From positions 119,908,001-119,972,000 of the forward strand of contig NC_091477.1 in NCBI RefSeq assembly GCF_036971445.1: a DNA stretch of 64,000 nucleotides, given 5' to 3'. The DNA comes from Narcine bancroftii. Taxonomy: Eukaryota. Within the stretch, counting starts at the first letter, position 1, and each line of letters begins with the position of its first letter. A program made the translations under genes and the position numbers. Under the pieces are notes generated by a model. That model had not been told where the DNA came from. It saw nothing but the letters and a program-made list of their open reading frames with translations, and searched no databases. Positions 46,767 through 60,664 of this stretch are shown here, piece after piece.

Positions 46767-49420
46767 ACATATAGAACCATAGAACGCTACAGCATAGGAA
46801 ACAGGCCATTTGGCCACTCTAGTATGTGCCAACCATCATCTCCATCGTCCCACTGACCTGTTCCCATTCCATAATCCTTCGGGCCTCTTCCATCCTTGTA
46901 CCTAGCCGATTTATTGTTAAAAACTTGTTCAACACTCCCACCACTCTCTGAGGAAGAAACCTCCTCTAATGTTCCCCCTAAACCTTTCCCTCTTCAGCTT
47001 AAAACTATGGCCTCTTGTATTTATCACCCCCAACCTAAGTGGAAAAAAGCCTATTCACATCCACTCTGATTATACCTGTCTTAATCTTGTAGACATCGAC
47101 CAAGTCTCCCCTCATTCTTCTTCACTCCAAGAAGTAAAGTCCTAACCCATTTAATCTTTCCTTGTAACTCAGCTCCTGAAGGCCCATCAACATCCTCGTA
47201 AATCTCTGCACTCTTTCAATCTTATTGATATCCTTCCTGGGGTTAGGCGATCAGGCCTGCACTAAATATTCCAAATTTGTCTTTACCAATGTCTTAAACA
47301 ACTTCAAGAGAGCATCCCAATTCCTACAATTAATATTCTGATTTTCAAAGGCTAAGATCCCAAAACCTTTCTTTACGCACCTGTCCACATGCGACGCCAC
47401 CTTCTGGGAATAATGTATCAGTATTCCTTGATCTCTCTACTTCTCCGCACTTCTAAGTGCCCAATCATTTACTGTGTATCTTCTACCTTGGTTTCCCCTT
47501 CCAAAATGCATAACCTCACTCATGTATGCATTAAAATCCATCATGGCCCATTTTCCAGCTGGTTCATATCTCTCTGCAATCTTTGAAAATCTTACCCTCT
47601 ATCCACAACCCCTCCTATTTTTGTGTCATCAGCAGACCTGCTGACCCAATGCACCACATTATCATCAAGATCATTGATACCTGTATATACAACAAACAAC
47701 AATGGACCCAAGATGGAACCCTGAGGCACGCCACTAATCAGAGGCCTCCAATCTGAGAAGAAACCATCCACTACCACACTCTGTCTTCTCACACACAGTG
47801 AATTTCGAATCCAGTTTACAACATCTCCTTGAATACTTAATATCATCATCTTCCAAACTAATCTCACATGTGGGACTTTGTCAAAGACTTCACTAAAGTC
47901 CATACAGATAATAGCCACAGCCCTCCCCTCATCTACCTTTCTGGTAACCTCCTAGAGGAACTCCAGAAGATTCGTTAAACATGACTACCACTCCCAAAGC
48001 CTAGCTGACTATCCTTAATCACCTCATGACAGTCCAAATACCTATATATTGTATCTCTCATAATTCCTTCCAATAATTTACCCACTACTATCTTCAAGCT
48101 CATCTGCCTATAATTATCTGGTTTAATTTTGGAGCACTTTTGTAAACAACCTGACAACATGAGCTACCTTCAAATCCTATGGCACCTCACCCGTGGCCAA
48201 GGACATTTCAATATATCAGCCAGGGCCCATAAAATTTCTACACTAGTCTTCCTCAAGGTCGGAAGGAATATCATATCTGGCCCAGGTGATACATCTACTT
48301 TTATTCACTGTAAGGGAGCAGGCACCTCTTTCTGCTTAATCTGTTCCATGGCTCTTCTGTTTGTTTCCCTTCCTGTGGCTCCGATACCTCAGGGGTCTTG
48401 TAAACCAGGGTTCGTGAGTTCGTTCCTCACTGGGGCTTCATTTCTGTGAGGCAGGCTTGACAAAGTGATGACTCTCTGACTTCCTTACAGTAGACAAAAT
48501 TTAAAATATTCATATATGTTACAATCTAAATGTAGTATTTCGTGACAATAATTGAACATTTACATTACGCACTTTCCCAGTTGCCTGGGTAAATACTGAT
48601 ACAAAAATAAACTTTAATATCTCTTCCATTGTGTGGGGCTCCACATATATTTGACCACTCTAATCGTCTAGGGGACCAATTTTGCCCTTAATATTCTTTT
48701 AGTTTTAATAAACTTACAGAACTCCTTCGGGTGTATTCTCTATTATCTGCTAGAACATCCTCATGTCTACATTTTGCCTTCCTGATTTTTTTTTTCTTGA
48801 GTATTTTCTTGCTTTTTGGTACTATTCAAGCACCTTGTTGTCTATACTTTCTATACATCTTCCTCTTTTTCTTACCTAGATCGCCATTAACCCTAGAAAG
48901 CCTTCGTTCCCTACACCTGGTGACTTTGCCTTTAATCATAACAGGAGCATGCGGACTCTGTACTCTCAAAATGTCACCTTCCTGGTAACCTTGCCATAAA
49001 ACAACATATTCCAAGCCATTCTTCCTAGTTCCTTTATTATTTACACAAAATATTCCTTCCTCCAAATTAGAATTCCAACGTGAGGGCCACATTTATCCTT
49101 TACCTTAAAAAAAACTTGAAGATAATTACATTATGGTTACTGGACACAAGATGTTCACCCACACATACATCTGTCACATGACATGTCTTGTTCCCTAATA
49201 GTAGATCAAGTACTGCATCCTCTCTTATTTGTAGTTCTATGTATTGATTTAGAAAACTATCGTGAACACATTTCATAAACTCCAATCTATCCAAACCTTT
49301 TACAGTACGGGAGTTCCATTCGATATTTGGGAAAATAAATCTCCACCACCACAACTTTCGGCTTCTTACATCCGTCTGCTATATCTCTCCATATTTACTC
49401 CTCCAATTCTGTCTGACTAT
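46767..49420 (-). mobile_element. CR1-type LINE, long degenerate copy in intron 2 of gene C
   Basis: Tail atagaaccatagaac at about 46770; RT motifs DFSEVFDKVPH, SGVPQGSILGPLLF, ADDTKIGG (47592-47918); endonuclease end AVLDLLLGN (49100-49354). Interrupted at about 48375-48560. Confidence 0.85.
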
Positions 49421-49559
49421 TAAGACCAGTTTGGGTAAATGTTCCATAGTTGGAGGATTGGAAGATGTGGGGGAAAGGCGGGTATTACCAGACCAACAAT
49501 AATGTTATTGAACGGCGGAGCATCCTCGACTGTTTCATTTGTTCTTATGTTCTTACAAG

Positions 49560-50396
49560 GTGAGCTATTTTGCCACATGCGCATGCCTCAGCAACAGGCG
49601 AGATTTTCCTTCCTTCTTCAGAACGATTCCAAGTGATTACTTCCAAGCCAAAGCATTGGCACAACTTGTCAAGACGTTTGGATGGACCTGGATTGGGACA
49701 GTTAGAAGCGACAACGACTATGGCAATTTTGGGATGCAGGCGTTCACAGAGGCGGTTCAGCATCTTGGGGTTTGCATTGCCTTCTCCGAATCCTTCCACA
49801 GGACGCATTCGAGGGAAAGATTACTTCAGGTTATCAACGTTATACGGGCATCCTCCACGAAAATTGTCGTTGCTTTTATCGATCCAAGCGACATGTCCAT
49901 ACTATTGAAGGAAATTGCCCGACAAAACATATCTGGCATCCAGTGGGTGGGCAGTGAGGCCTGGATCGCCACTGCGCTTCTACCACCAGAGGAGAACAAG
50001 CGGTTTATTACAGGGGCTATCGGTGTCGCCGTGCATCAAGTGAATATCCCAGGGTTCGAGGACTTTTTAACCCGTCTCCATCCGTCCGACTATCCTGGTA
50101 ATCCTTTGGTGGAAGAGTTTTGGGAAAAAACCTTCGACTGTCGCCTAATAATGACGGAGCACATCCCAGGGAACACAACATCGGCCTCTCAGCCTCCTCA
50201 ATGCACAGGAAGGGAGAGTCTACAGACAATATCCAACATCTACACGGACGCATCTCAGCTGAGGGTGACCAACAAAGTCTATGAGGCGACTTACGCCATA
50301 GCCCATGCGCTTCACAATATGTTCACTTGTGAAAGCGGCACAGGCCCGTTTGCCAATCGATCTTGCGCCAACACTACACATTTCCAGCCGTGGCAG
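49560..50396 (+). CDS. V2R/OlfC gene C, exon 3
   Basis: [11 protein letters not shown]...FQPWQ; acaag / gtaggt; 837 nt. Confidence 0.97.
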
Positions 50397-50513
50397 GTAG
50401 GTGACTGACTAACTCTGACCAATAGGTCCAGTCCAGTCCGTTTTTTAATGTTGTCCTTTCAAAGCTCTGGGTGAGTGATGCCATTTTCATTTCTACGTGT
50501 CTCTTTACTGAAG

Positions 50514-50741
50514 GTTTTGCATTACCTGCAATCGATAGATTTCACAACTAAAGTCGGGGAAAGGGTACATTTCGACGAAAACGAGGACTCCATGGCGACT
50601 TACGACATTGTCAACTGGCAACTGAATGACGAGGGGAAAGCGGTTGTTTTGATCGTTGGAGATTTTGACGGATCCGCATCTCCTGAAGAACAGGTCACCA
50701 TAAATGGCAGGTCAATTGTTTGGAGCGGCCGTCCCCGTGAG
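50514..50741 (+). CDS. V2R/OlfC gene C, exon 4
   Basis: VLHYLQS...WSGRPRE; gaag / gtagtt; 228 nt. Confidence 0.96.
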
Positions 50742-51634
50742 GTAGTTACTGATAACGTAGCTTTATTCTTTCAGGTTTTGATGATTTGGGACGACAAATG
50801 GGTCCAACTTCTGTAAGCAAGGAAAAGGGTGAGATTCGGACTGTAATTTATCAGTTCACTGCTCGATTTATTATCTTAATGAAATTCGGAATCTTCCCAA
50901 GTCCTTTGATAATGTAATATGCGTCAGAATATTTTAAAGCCTCGAGTTTTCTTCCATTCTGTCCAATTGCGACGGAGAGAAATCGAGGTTTGATATCCAC
51001 GGTCTGTGTGAGTAATATTTCTCCCCAGATTAAATGCCCGTTTTCATTTGAGATCAGGAGGGCCAGGGACTAGAAGAATGGATAGAGATTCATGGCAGTT
51101 GTAGGGAATGGGAAAAGACATGAGGTAGCGTTCAGAAGTTTCTAGGAGACACGTGAATGTGCAAGAGGCGGAGGGATGATGTCAGGTACATGCGACATGA
51201 GTGGGCGCATTGGGGTCTTCCTATGCGGTAAGTACCACAAGAAAACTCCATCGTGTTTGGAGGGTGCAGTGAAGTCGCGATAGAGAAATCGTTGAGTTTA
51301 TATATTTTTCCAATGTAACACAGATATTAGCAGAGGTCAAGGGCAGCCACGAGCAGGTCTAAGGTTGAGTCTTAGATGTTGTCAATCACGTGCATAAAAT
51401 GCAGAGAATTGTGAGGACAATTGCCAGTCAGACATTTGATTACTCAAAGAAAGATATTATTAAGCGTGATGATTATGGTTGATTTGTATTTGCTCTTTCG
51501 CAATAAGTCCTTGACAAGCGTATGCAGGATATTTCTGCATATCAATGTGCAGGGCAAACAACTAAGTTACGCATATTCCTCGTGATATTTATTGGAGGAA
51601 AAGTCGTTAATACGTTATCTTTCTTTGGCACAAG

Positions 51635-51758
51635 GTCCCTCGGGCAGTTTGCTCCAACAGTTGTCCACCGGGAACAAGAAAAGCATCTCGCAGGGGGCAG
51701 CCCATTTGTTGCTTTGATTGCCTCCCCTGCGCCGAGGGCGAGATCAGTAACACCACGG
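51635..51758 (+). CDS. V2R/OlfC gene C, exon 5
   Basis: [41 protein letters not shown]; acaag / gtatat; 124 nt. Confidence 0.95.
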
Positions 51759-52356
51759 GTATATAAAAGTTATGTCCTTCTCCACTGTTTCCATCAGTGT
51801 GGTTCCTTCAGCAGCGACCTCCACGATTTTCTCCCCTAACCTCCCTCTTCATTCGTCTCCCCTCCATCACCTTTATATTCAGGCCTGTATTGTCTTATTA
51901 CTGATGAAGGTCCCAGTCCCGAAGCGGTGGTTACGCTATACTTCCCAAGAATGCTGCGTAATATGCGGAGTTTTCAGAACACGTTTGTGTATTGCATCTA
52001 TCTCTATCCCCTCCATTTCTGTCTCCTTTCACTTATCGCCCTTCCGCATCTATCGACAAACTGTACACAATGCGTCCACCAAATTACACTCCTCCTTTGT
52101 ACACCTGTCCCCTTCACACCACTCCACTTCCAATAGCACTGAACCCTCCCCCCCCCCCCCCCCACCCCACGGCTCTCTGAGGTCTGAAGCAAGGGTTCCA
52201 CCTGACAACTTCATTGTCCATTTGCATCCAAGAGTCCCTGGAACAGTTGTTTTTGTATTGCTTGAAATTTCAACTGCCTCTTGTATCTGCCTTTTTCAGA
52301 TCTTAGCAGGGGATTTCACCCTAACATTAAAAAGAATTTCCATTTCTTCCTTCAAG

Positions 52357-53261
52357 ATTCCATTGGCTGCATGATGTGCCCTAGCGATTCTTGGCCCAAT
52401 TCTCGGCAGGACCAATGCATTCTAAAGCATGTTGACTTCCTCTCATTTACAGAAGTCATAGGGATCATTCTAACCACTCTGGCGTTGATCGGAACGTGCT
52501 TCGCTGCCACAGTAGGTGCTATCTTTTGGTTTCATAAAGACACTCCGATCGTCAAAGCCAACAATTCGGAACTCAGCTTCCTCCTTATCGTCGCCCTGGC
52601 CCTTTGCTTCCTCTGTTCAATTGCATTCATTGGTGAACCCACTGCATGGTCTTGCATGTTGCGCCACACATTGTTCGGTATCAGTTTTGTCCTCTGCCTT
52701 TCCTGTGTTTTGGGAAAAACTATTGTTGTGGTCCTGGCATTTCAGGCAAAGCTCCCCAGCGACAACGTGACCAGATGGTTTGGTCCTGTTCAACAACGTC
52801 TGACTGTCTGTCTTCTTACTCTAGTACAGTGCTTGATATGCACCGTCTGGCTGATCAAATCACCGCCCCTTCCTGTCAAAAACATGGAATTATTTAAAGA
52901 TGTGACCCTCCTGGAATGTGACGTAGGATCTGATGTTGCATTTTATTGTGTCCTCGGTTACATTGCCTGTCTGTCATTGGTTAGCGTTATGGTCGCATTT
53001 CTAGCGCGAAACCTGCCGGATAATTTCAACGAGGCCAAATACATCTCATTCAGTATGCTCATATTCTGCGCCGTCTGGATATCTTTTATTCCAGCCTATA
53101 TCAGTTCTCCCGGGAAATTCACCGTGGCCGTGGAAGTCTTCGCTATCTTGGCGTCCAGTTTTGGTTTGCTTTTCTGTATTTTTGCCCCGAAATGTTACAT
53201 CATATTGTTCAAGCCGGAGAGAAATACAAAGAAACATTTAATGGGTAAAGTGGCTTCTTAA
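52357..53261 (+). CDS. V2R/OlfC gene C, exon 6 (7TM domain)
   Basis: DSIGCMMC...TPIVKANN...LPDNFNEAK...VAS*; 905 nt; total CDS 2601 nt. Confidence 0.97.
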
Positions 53262-54699
53262 AAGCTTTCAATAACGTTGAAGAATCCAAATTTAGATAAA
53301 AAGAATGTTAGTTATTTCTCCTTTATCGAATTTACTGGCATTGAGAATTGTGTTTAAGGAATATTATCAATGGTTTTTCAATTATTTCTGTTGTCAATGT
53401 GGAAAAAAATAATTTGATTCGTTCTCACTGTGAGGACGTCATAGATTTCTTTCGTACGCCAATCAAACATTGGAAATTGTCTGTATGGCTGGAGAACTAC
53501 ATTTAGCAGCATATTATAAAAATGTATTAGTTTGATCATCAGTAACAATACTTTGTAATGTAGCGGGACTAATTGGATGGGTCTTTCATGGGCGAGAAAA
53601 AAATATAAGGAATGAAAACCCCGTGAGATTTCCTGCTCATCTGTCAGATTTCCTACTATCTCAAGGTCCGCTCAATTTCCCCAGTGTCCCACGTTGTCTA
53701 CCTGAGCTTGTTCTACTTGTTCGTATTTATTTAAATCCCTCCTATCCATGGTCCTGTCCAAATATAGTAGAAACATTGTCATTGTACCCTCTTCTATTAC
53801 ATACTGTGGAAGCTTCTTCCATATTCCCACATGGTTGCCCCTCAAGTTCCATTTCAAACCTTAACTCTACTACTTAAAACGAATACCTGGTAGTCTATGG
53901 GGACACTACCCTGAGAAAGAAAATGTGAGCGCAAATAGTATCGATGGCCCCTTATGACATAAACGTCTATAGATCACCGCCCAGCCTCCTATATGCGGGA
54001 GGGGGCGGTGTTGGGGAAGCCCTAGCGTATCCAGTTTCTTCTTCTTACTCTCCCACCACACTGCTATCAGTTTTAGCCCTCGGCCCTATCGTTTCTCAGC
54101 TTTTCTCTCTTCTAATCTTCCACCTGCCTCGGAACAATTTGTACCACGAGGTCTCCCCGTTATAAACTCTCCAAATGGACAAAGGAAGTGGCTCCCCTTG
54201 TAACTTGCTGTGTATAGGCTAGCCCAGATTAACATTCCAAATGCCACACAATGATCATTTCTCTTAAAATCTTTTCCCACTTAATAAATATGGGGGATCT
54301 TTGAGGGGACATCTCTTTCACTAAGTATCCTTTTCCACAATATATTCATGGAACCTTGAATGTTTCTCCTTCATCTGATCTTCAAAAGTTATCGCTTGAT
54401 CTTTTTCCTCCTCATTTCCGCTTTAAGTGCATAACATCGTCCATTATATTGCTTGATTGATTTACTGGATCTATTGCAGTTTTAACATGGCGTCCTAACT
54501 TATTATCCAATCCAGGAAACATCCTAGTAATTTTTCTCTACACTCTCTACATAGCTTTCATGTCCTTCCTATAATTAAGTGACTAGTACAAAATGCAGTA
54601 CTATAAGTGTGGTCTCACTTGACACTCGTGGACTGGAAACACGATGTCTAACTCTTGAGCTCAATCCTCCTATTAATGAAGTGCAACATGAACGTCCAG

Positions 54700-55520
54700 A
54701 CGCTCTGATTTTTGGAAAACACGTAAATGCTACAGGAACTCAGCTGGCCTCGCAGTGTCCATAGGAAGTAAAAATATATTACAGTTGTTTCGGGCCTGAT
54801 CCCTTCTTCAAGGGATAAGCAAATAATATATCGAGAACAGGAATGATCAGAATAAAGACAAAGCTGGTTGGGGAGGAGACCACTCCAACAAAATGTGTTA
54901 ATTGGCTTTGATAAGACGAAAAATGAGATTTGATTTTCTCTGTGAAGAGACACAGATGGAAAAGGAAAGAGAGACTGACGGAGCTGGGGAAAGGTCGAAG
55001 AAGTGGGAGGTGGTTAATGAAGGCCAGAGAAGTCTATGTTAATGTCATCCGGTAGGTGGTTGCCCAGGAGGAAGATGAAGTGTTGTTCTTCCAATTTTAT
55101 GGTGCTCTCAGTCTGATAGTGCTTGAGACCATGGACAGACTTAACAGCAAGGGAATGGGACGGGGTCCTGAAATGAGTGGCCACTGAGAGATCCGCGCTA
55201 TTGAGTTGAACAGAGCCAATATGCTTAACTTAGCCATCTCCCAATCTATGCTCAGTCTATCCGATGTAGAGGAGACCACAACACAGTAGATAACCCCTGC
55301 AAAATTAAAAGTGAAATATTTCTTTACTTGGAAGAAGTGTTCAGAACCCCGACTGGTGGTGACGAGGAGGTGTGGATACAAGTGGTGCATCTTTGGTCAC
55401 ATTGATGGGTAGATGTCAAGAGGACGATTGGTGGAGAGGGAAGAGTAGACAAGGGGGTTATGGAGGGAGCGGTCTCTATGGAAGGCAGAAAGGAGAGGAG
55501 AGGAAAAATGTGTCCAGTTA
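54700..55520 (-). mobile_element. Penelope-like element fragment
   Basis: Similar to 13140-13880; ORF 55097-55390 has FQVKKYFTFNFAGVIYC. Confidence 0.7.
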
Positions 55521-56454
55521 CGGGATTACCTCTACATGAGTTGTTTTTATTGATATTTAGCACAGGAAGACATCAAGGATGGTGATAGGGAGCATAATAT
55601 GAAGATCACAAATGTGTTGGAGCATTTTGTGATTATGAAAGAGGAGACTGAACATAGAACAGAGAAATATACAGCACAGTGCAAGCCCCAAGGTGCACAG
55701 TGTTGTGTCGAACTAATAACCTACTCTATCAACGACTGATCTTATAGACATGCAGAATAACCCTCCGTTTTTCTGAATTCCATGTATGTATCTAATAATC
55801 TCTTCAACGATTCTAATGTATATGGCTCAACCACAAATGCCGGAAGAGTGTTCTATTCACTCATTACCCTCTGTGGGAAATACACACCCCTTACATTCCC
55901 CATGTACTTAAACCTAACCTCATTCAAGATATGTCCCCTCGTGCTATTTATTTCAGGCCTGGGAAAACAAAGATTTAGTAACAGACAGGTTGCACTGCAC
56001 AATATTTTTTTAAAAGTTTCAAAAGGAAATTATGAAAGACAAATTCAAGGGGAATTCAATGATCATTTCAGATTTGCTGCATTACTTGGGAAATTGGAGA
56101 AACGTTCAATTAACTTTTATTAAATTTTGCAGGTTTAATCGCATAACGTGCCTCTGAGCCAAGCTCTCAGGTTGACAACAAATTTTGCACAGCAAATGAG
56201 AAGAGCCAGGTCACCAATTGGTCACCAATTTTACAACCGGGGTAGAGCTCATAGGCTTTCTTAATAAGTTCAGTCAGGCTGATTCTTTGCGCGTGAAGGT
56301 GCCAAAAGTGTAGCAGAATGTATCGCATTGACAAGACATTTCTCCAGTATTGAAATTACCTGAAGTCAATAAATGCTATTATTACGTACACTCACTATGT
56401 ATTGCCTGTGGAACATGTGCATCAACGTGCGTTCAATCTCTATCAATGTGTAAT

Positions 56455-56706
56455 AAGTGAAGAGAGGGAAGTTTAGGGTCGACGTCAGGGATACGTGTTC
56501 AAAAACAGAATGTTGTGGGTACCTGGAATGGTGGTGGAGGCTAAAACATTAGGGATATTTAAAAGACTCTTAGACAAGCACATGGGTGGAGGAAAAATAG
56601 AGGGTTTCTGGGTAGTGAAGGTTAGAACTTTTTTAAGGAATATATGGGTTGGTACAATATGGAGGGCCGAAGGGCCCGTGCTGTGCTGTAGTGTTCTATG
56701 TTCTAA
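56455..56706 (+). mobile_element. CR1-related 3' fragment or CR1-tailed SINE
   Basis: aagtttagggtcgacgtcagg...gggccgaagggcc...tgttctatgttcta tail; similar pieces at 6805-6985 and 24520-24800. Confidence 0.6.
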
Positions 56707-56949
56707 TGCACAAAATCTGTATATATTAGATTCTTTATTGCATGAATACATCTATCTTGTCTTCACAAGCCCAGGCCTCAGACATCATTGGAATATCTCC
56801 TGCAAGTTTGGACTACCCAAAACAGCTTGCTTTCTGGCAATATACTAGTGTACTTAAAATATGACAGGAAATCACAAAAAATGGGATATCTAAAAGACGG
56901 CACGTGATAGGAAAATTCAAATGTGATTTTCCTGATCACCAGTCCAAAA

Positions 56950-57007
56950 GCCTGCAGCTGACATTTACCCCCTCCATAAATCTTCGTCCGCGAAGCCAAG
57001 CCAAAGA
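56950..57007 (+). mobile_element. RTE-clade LINE, 58-bp extreme 5' truncation
   Basis: gcctgcagctgac...cttcgtccgcgaagccaagccaaaga; TSD agtccaaaa (56941-56949, 57008-57016). Confidence 0.85.
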
Positions 57008-57134
57008 AGTCCAAAATTCATAAAATACACCCAAAATGTTCAGGAAGTAAATTCCTAGTTGTCCAGGTTTACTTGCGTCACGATGAATTCTGGTCTTTCG
57101 CTGGTATTTGTTTTCCACAAATATTAACAGGGCC

Positions 57135-57451
57135 TAAAGAAATCTCTTGGTGCCTGCCACATTGACCACCGCCAGTGGGCTGATCTCGCCTCAAACCGTG
57201 CATCTTGGCGCCTCACAGTTTGGCGGGCAGCAACCTCCTTTGAAGAAGACCGCAGAGCCCACCTCACTGACAAAAGGCAAAGGAGGAAAAACCCAACACC
57301 CAACCCCAACCAACCAATTTTCCCTTGCAACCGCTGCAATCGTGTCTGCCTGTCCCGCATCGGACTGGTCAGCCACAAACGAGCCTGCAGCTGATGTGGA
57401 CATTACCCCTCCATAAATCTTCGTCCGCGAAGCCAAGCCAAAGAAAAGAAG
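57135..57451 (+). mobile_element. RTE-clade LINE, 5'-truncated
   Basis: Same family as the 41903 copy; TSD aacagggcc (57126-57134, 57452-57460). Confidence 0.88.
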
Positions 57452-57494
57452 AACAGGGCCATATTCATGTGTGTCCAATTTGCGAACTTCTTGC

Positions 57495-57667
57495 AGCGTG
57501 ACACAGTTAATTGTGTTCCTTTGTCTGTCTCGCACAAATTAGATTCAAGTGTTATTCTCCTCCCTTCTGTGTGTTATTTCTTTCACCAGGGAAAGCACAT
57601 TTGCTCGCTCAATCATGATCCACAATATAAAACTCCACGGCGCTATGCAGGCAAAACGACATTAAAT
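57495..57667 (+). promoter_or_regulatory. Proximal promoter of gene D (TATAAAA at 57626)
   Basis: Conserved with the B and C upstream regions. Confidence 0.7.
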
Positions 57668-57882
57668 ATGTGCCGCGCTTTGCTCTGGGGGTTATTATTT
57701 GCTCTTACAGCCCCCACTTTAATCACTGAGAACCTGATATGTCAACGAAGGGAAACGTTTCCTTTGTTCAGTTTGTCCAAAGATCGAGACATCAACATTG
57801 GCGGAATTTTTGGACTTCACTCTCATGCGATGAAATCCGAACTATCGTTTGAAACCAGACCAACAACTAAAAAGTGCGAAAG
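57668..57882 (+). CDS. V2R/OlfC gene D, exon 1
   Basis: MCRALLWGLLFAL...DRDINIGGIFGLH...KCE; AG|gtgagt; 215 nt. Confidence 0.96.
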
Positions 57883-60372
57883 GTGAGTTCCATTGACCGA
57901 GTGATGTGTTCACCTTTTTCAATCCTACATCAAGGTCATTTCAATTCCTCTCCTTCCCAATGCCGATAAAGCGATTTCCACCTGAAAGTTGCGCTTTTTT
58001 TCCCCACAGACTCTTTATGCCGTGGTTCGGGTTCTCGCATTACTGTTTTTGAATTAGTTGGTATGATACGACGAGTGCATGAAATTGAGTATGATACGTC
58101 CAGTTTAATGGCTTTTAAACAGTCAATGCTTGCACCTCGCTGAAGTTCTGGTCATAGATTAACACCAAGATGGGCATGAGTCGCTTATCATCTCCGTTCC
58201 CTCGTCTCTGAGGGGAAATGTTTTGATCCAGAGGGTGGTTAATCTGTGGAAATCACTGCCGCAGATGATTGTGTCGGCCATCATTGGGTGGATTAAAGCG
58301 GGGCTTGCTGGGTTATTGTGAGTAAGATGGCAAAGAAGATAGGGGAGAAGAAGATAGGGAAATGGGCTTGAAAGGAAGAGTTCATTATCCATGATTCGAT
58401 TTCCGGAGCAGAATCGATGGCCCAAATGTGCGAATTCTGCTTTATCTCTTTAGGTCTTGTAGCCTATGGATTCTACCAAACTATATGTACACCTGATGAT
58501 AATTGTGTTCGCAATTGTGATGAATAAGAGAAGGGAAGATACGCTGTTTATGGTTGGAAATAAAAATATATAGTCGAAATAATCCCTATCAGAGATTATA
58601 ATATAATAATGCATTTAAACCTATTTTACAAACAACACTCTCATCGAAACTGCAGATGTATTATTTGTAGAAATGGCATAACTAACGTGGTTATATCCAA
58701 AATTAAAAATATCAAAAACAATACCAGAGATCAGCTTAATAGTTCTCAGTTAATCCAGGAAAATACAGAAATTACTCACTCTTCACTGTATTATGAAAGG
58801 AAATCAAACATCAAATGAAAATAATTTCAGTCATACCGTCCCAGTCCCGAGTCTTTTTTACTATTTTCGTGTAGTCCAAAAGAAGCAGCTGTAACAATAC
58901 AGTATTTTTTTATTTTATATAAATCCAGATTTGAGAAATATGTTTTGAATCCTACTAAATGAAGGAACATGCGTAGTATTACTTCAGCATCCCGGGAATC
59001 CGTAAACATAAAGGCCACATATCTCACAAGCCAGTTCTGCATTTTGTAACAGTGAGGGAAGGCGAATGAATAAATACTTTGCATACAAATGCAAGAAATA
59101 ACCGGGGGAAAAAAGGAACAATGAGTTACTGTAAAACACAAATAAAAACAAAAAAAAAACGCCGGGAACGCCAATCTTCAAACTAATTCGTATTGTCCCT
59201 TCACCAACAATGGTGAAGAGACTTCCACTTAACTGATTACTATCTCTCTTTCAACAAATACTGAACGCTCTTGTCTTTGGGGCGAAGTTGCTAAATATCA
59301 TGTTAACCTGTACTTGTATTAATTCTATTACTAGAAATAATTTGTCTTTCTCTTCTTCTGAGATGAGAAAGGGAGGATTTAAAGGAGACCTGATCCCAGA
59401 CATTCTCACACGTGGGTAAATGGAACGAGCTGCTAGAGGAGGTGCTAAAGAAGCTATAACTATGGGATTGAAAGCACTTCAAATAAGTATATGAAAACGA
59501 AAGATTAAGCGAGATGTGGTCAAACGCGGGCAAATGGTGTTGGAACAGACAGGCGACTTAGTCAACAGTTAGACCCAAGTCCTTCTTTTTGTACTTTTGC
59601 CACACTTCTGAAACACGAGTACCCAAGTGTGTTGTTCTCCTTTCTCGCTGCTCTGCTGTCCATGTCGCTCATACCCACATTGATCTCTGTCCGAGAATTT
59701 ACTGTTACAATGGGGAGAATTGGGAACTGCTGTGCGTTTCCTTTGTCAATGGCAGTCTTGCAAATCGTCGTCAGGGACTACACGCGAAATGGTAGCATCT
59801 GCGCAGGATCATTAGACGGGAAAATGAGGTTGGCAATGAAGACCAGCTCGAGTTCGTCTCAACGCGGCACAAACCAGGCCATTTCTTTTTCCAATATTAG
59901 GTGTGTGCACTCCCCACAGAATTCGAAATTCTTCAAAAATTGTACTCGAACTCCTTGGGTAAAATGTCACCTTTGGTGTGAGAAAGATCATTTCGAGAAT
60001 ACTTGCCCACAACTGGGGTCAAATGGAACGAGCAATGATAGCATTTTCTTACTGCATGGAAACGGGCCCTTCCGCCCAACTGGTCCATGCCGGCCAAGTT
60101 TCCAACTTGACCTCGTCCAATGGACCCATATACATACACACTTCAATGGTTGGCATAAATTGCCTTTCCCAAAGCCTTGCGTAAAGACCTCAGCGTCTTC
60201 TCCAGCCTCTTCTCCACCACTGCCGTTCCACCTCGACCCTTTCACCAAATCTTTTGATTCAAAATCTTCCTCAATGACATTCAGTCGGGGGCTTTTGCTG
60301 AAATAAAAGAATGTTCAGAAAAATAATCGTCATGGATTAGTCCTAATCTGAAAGTATTTTTTTGTATTCCAG

Positions 60373-60664
60373 CTTCAGTTTTCGGATGTTCCGCTTCGTT
60401 CAAGCAATGGTGTTTGCGATTGAAGAGATAAACAGGAGCCCGGCCCTCCTTCCAAATATCACACTGGGCTACAGGATTTATGATTCGTGCAGTGTACCTC
60501 GTTTCTCAGTGAAAGCGGCTTTCGAACTGATAAACGGACAAGAGGCGACATTCCCTCAACAGTCCTGTCCCCCGACTTCATTAGTCCCAGCCATGGTGGC
60601 GGCATCAGGGTCTTCGCTGTCCCTGGCGGTCGCAGCTTCAATAGCTCCCTTCAAAGTCCCCATG
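60373..60664 (+). CDS. V2R/OlfC gene D, exon 2
   Basis: FSFRMFRFVQAMVFAIEEIN...FKVPM; tccag / gtaaga; 292 nt. Confidence 0.97.

Noticed and set aside
51772-52374. 200-aa ORF in intron 5 of C
   Set aside because: Low-complexity, repeat-derived sequence including a poly-C run; not conserved in B.
59629-60306. 225-aa intronic ORF
   Set aside because: No recognisable domain, it includes a CR1 tail piece, and it is not open in the homologous intron of C.
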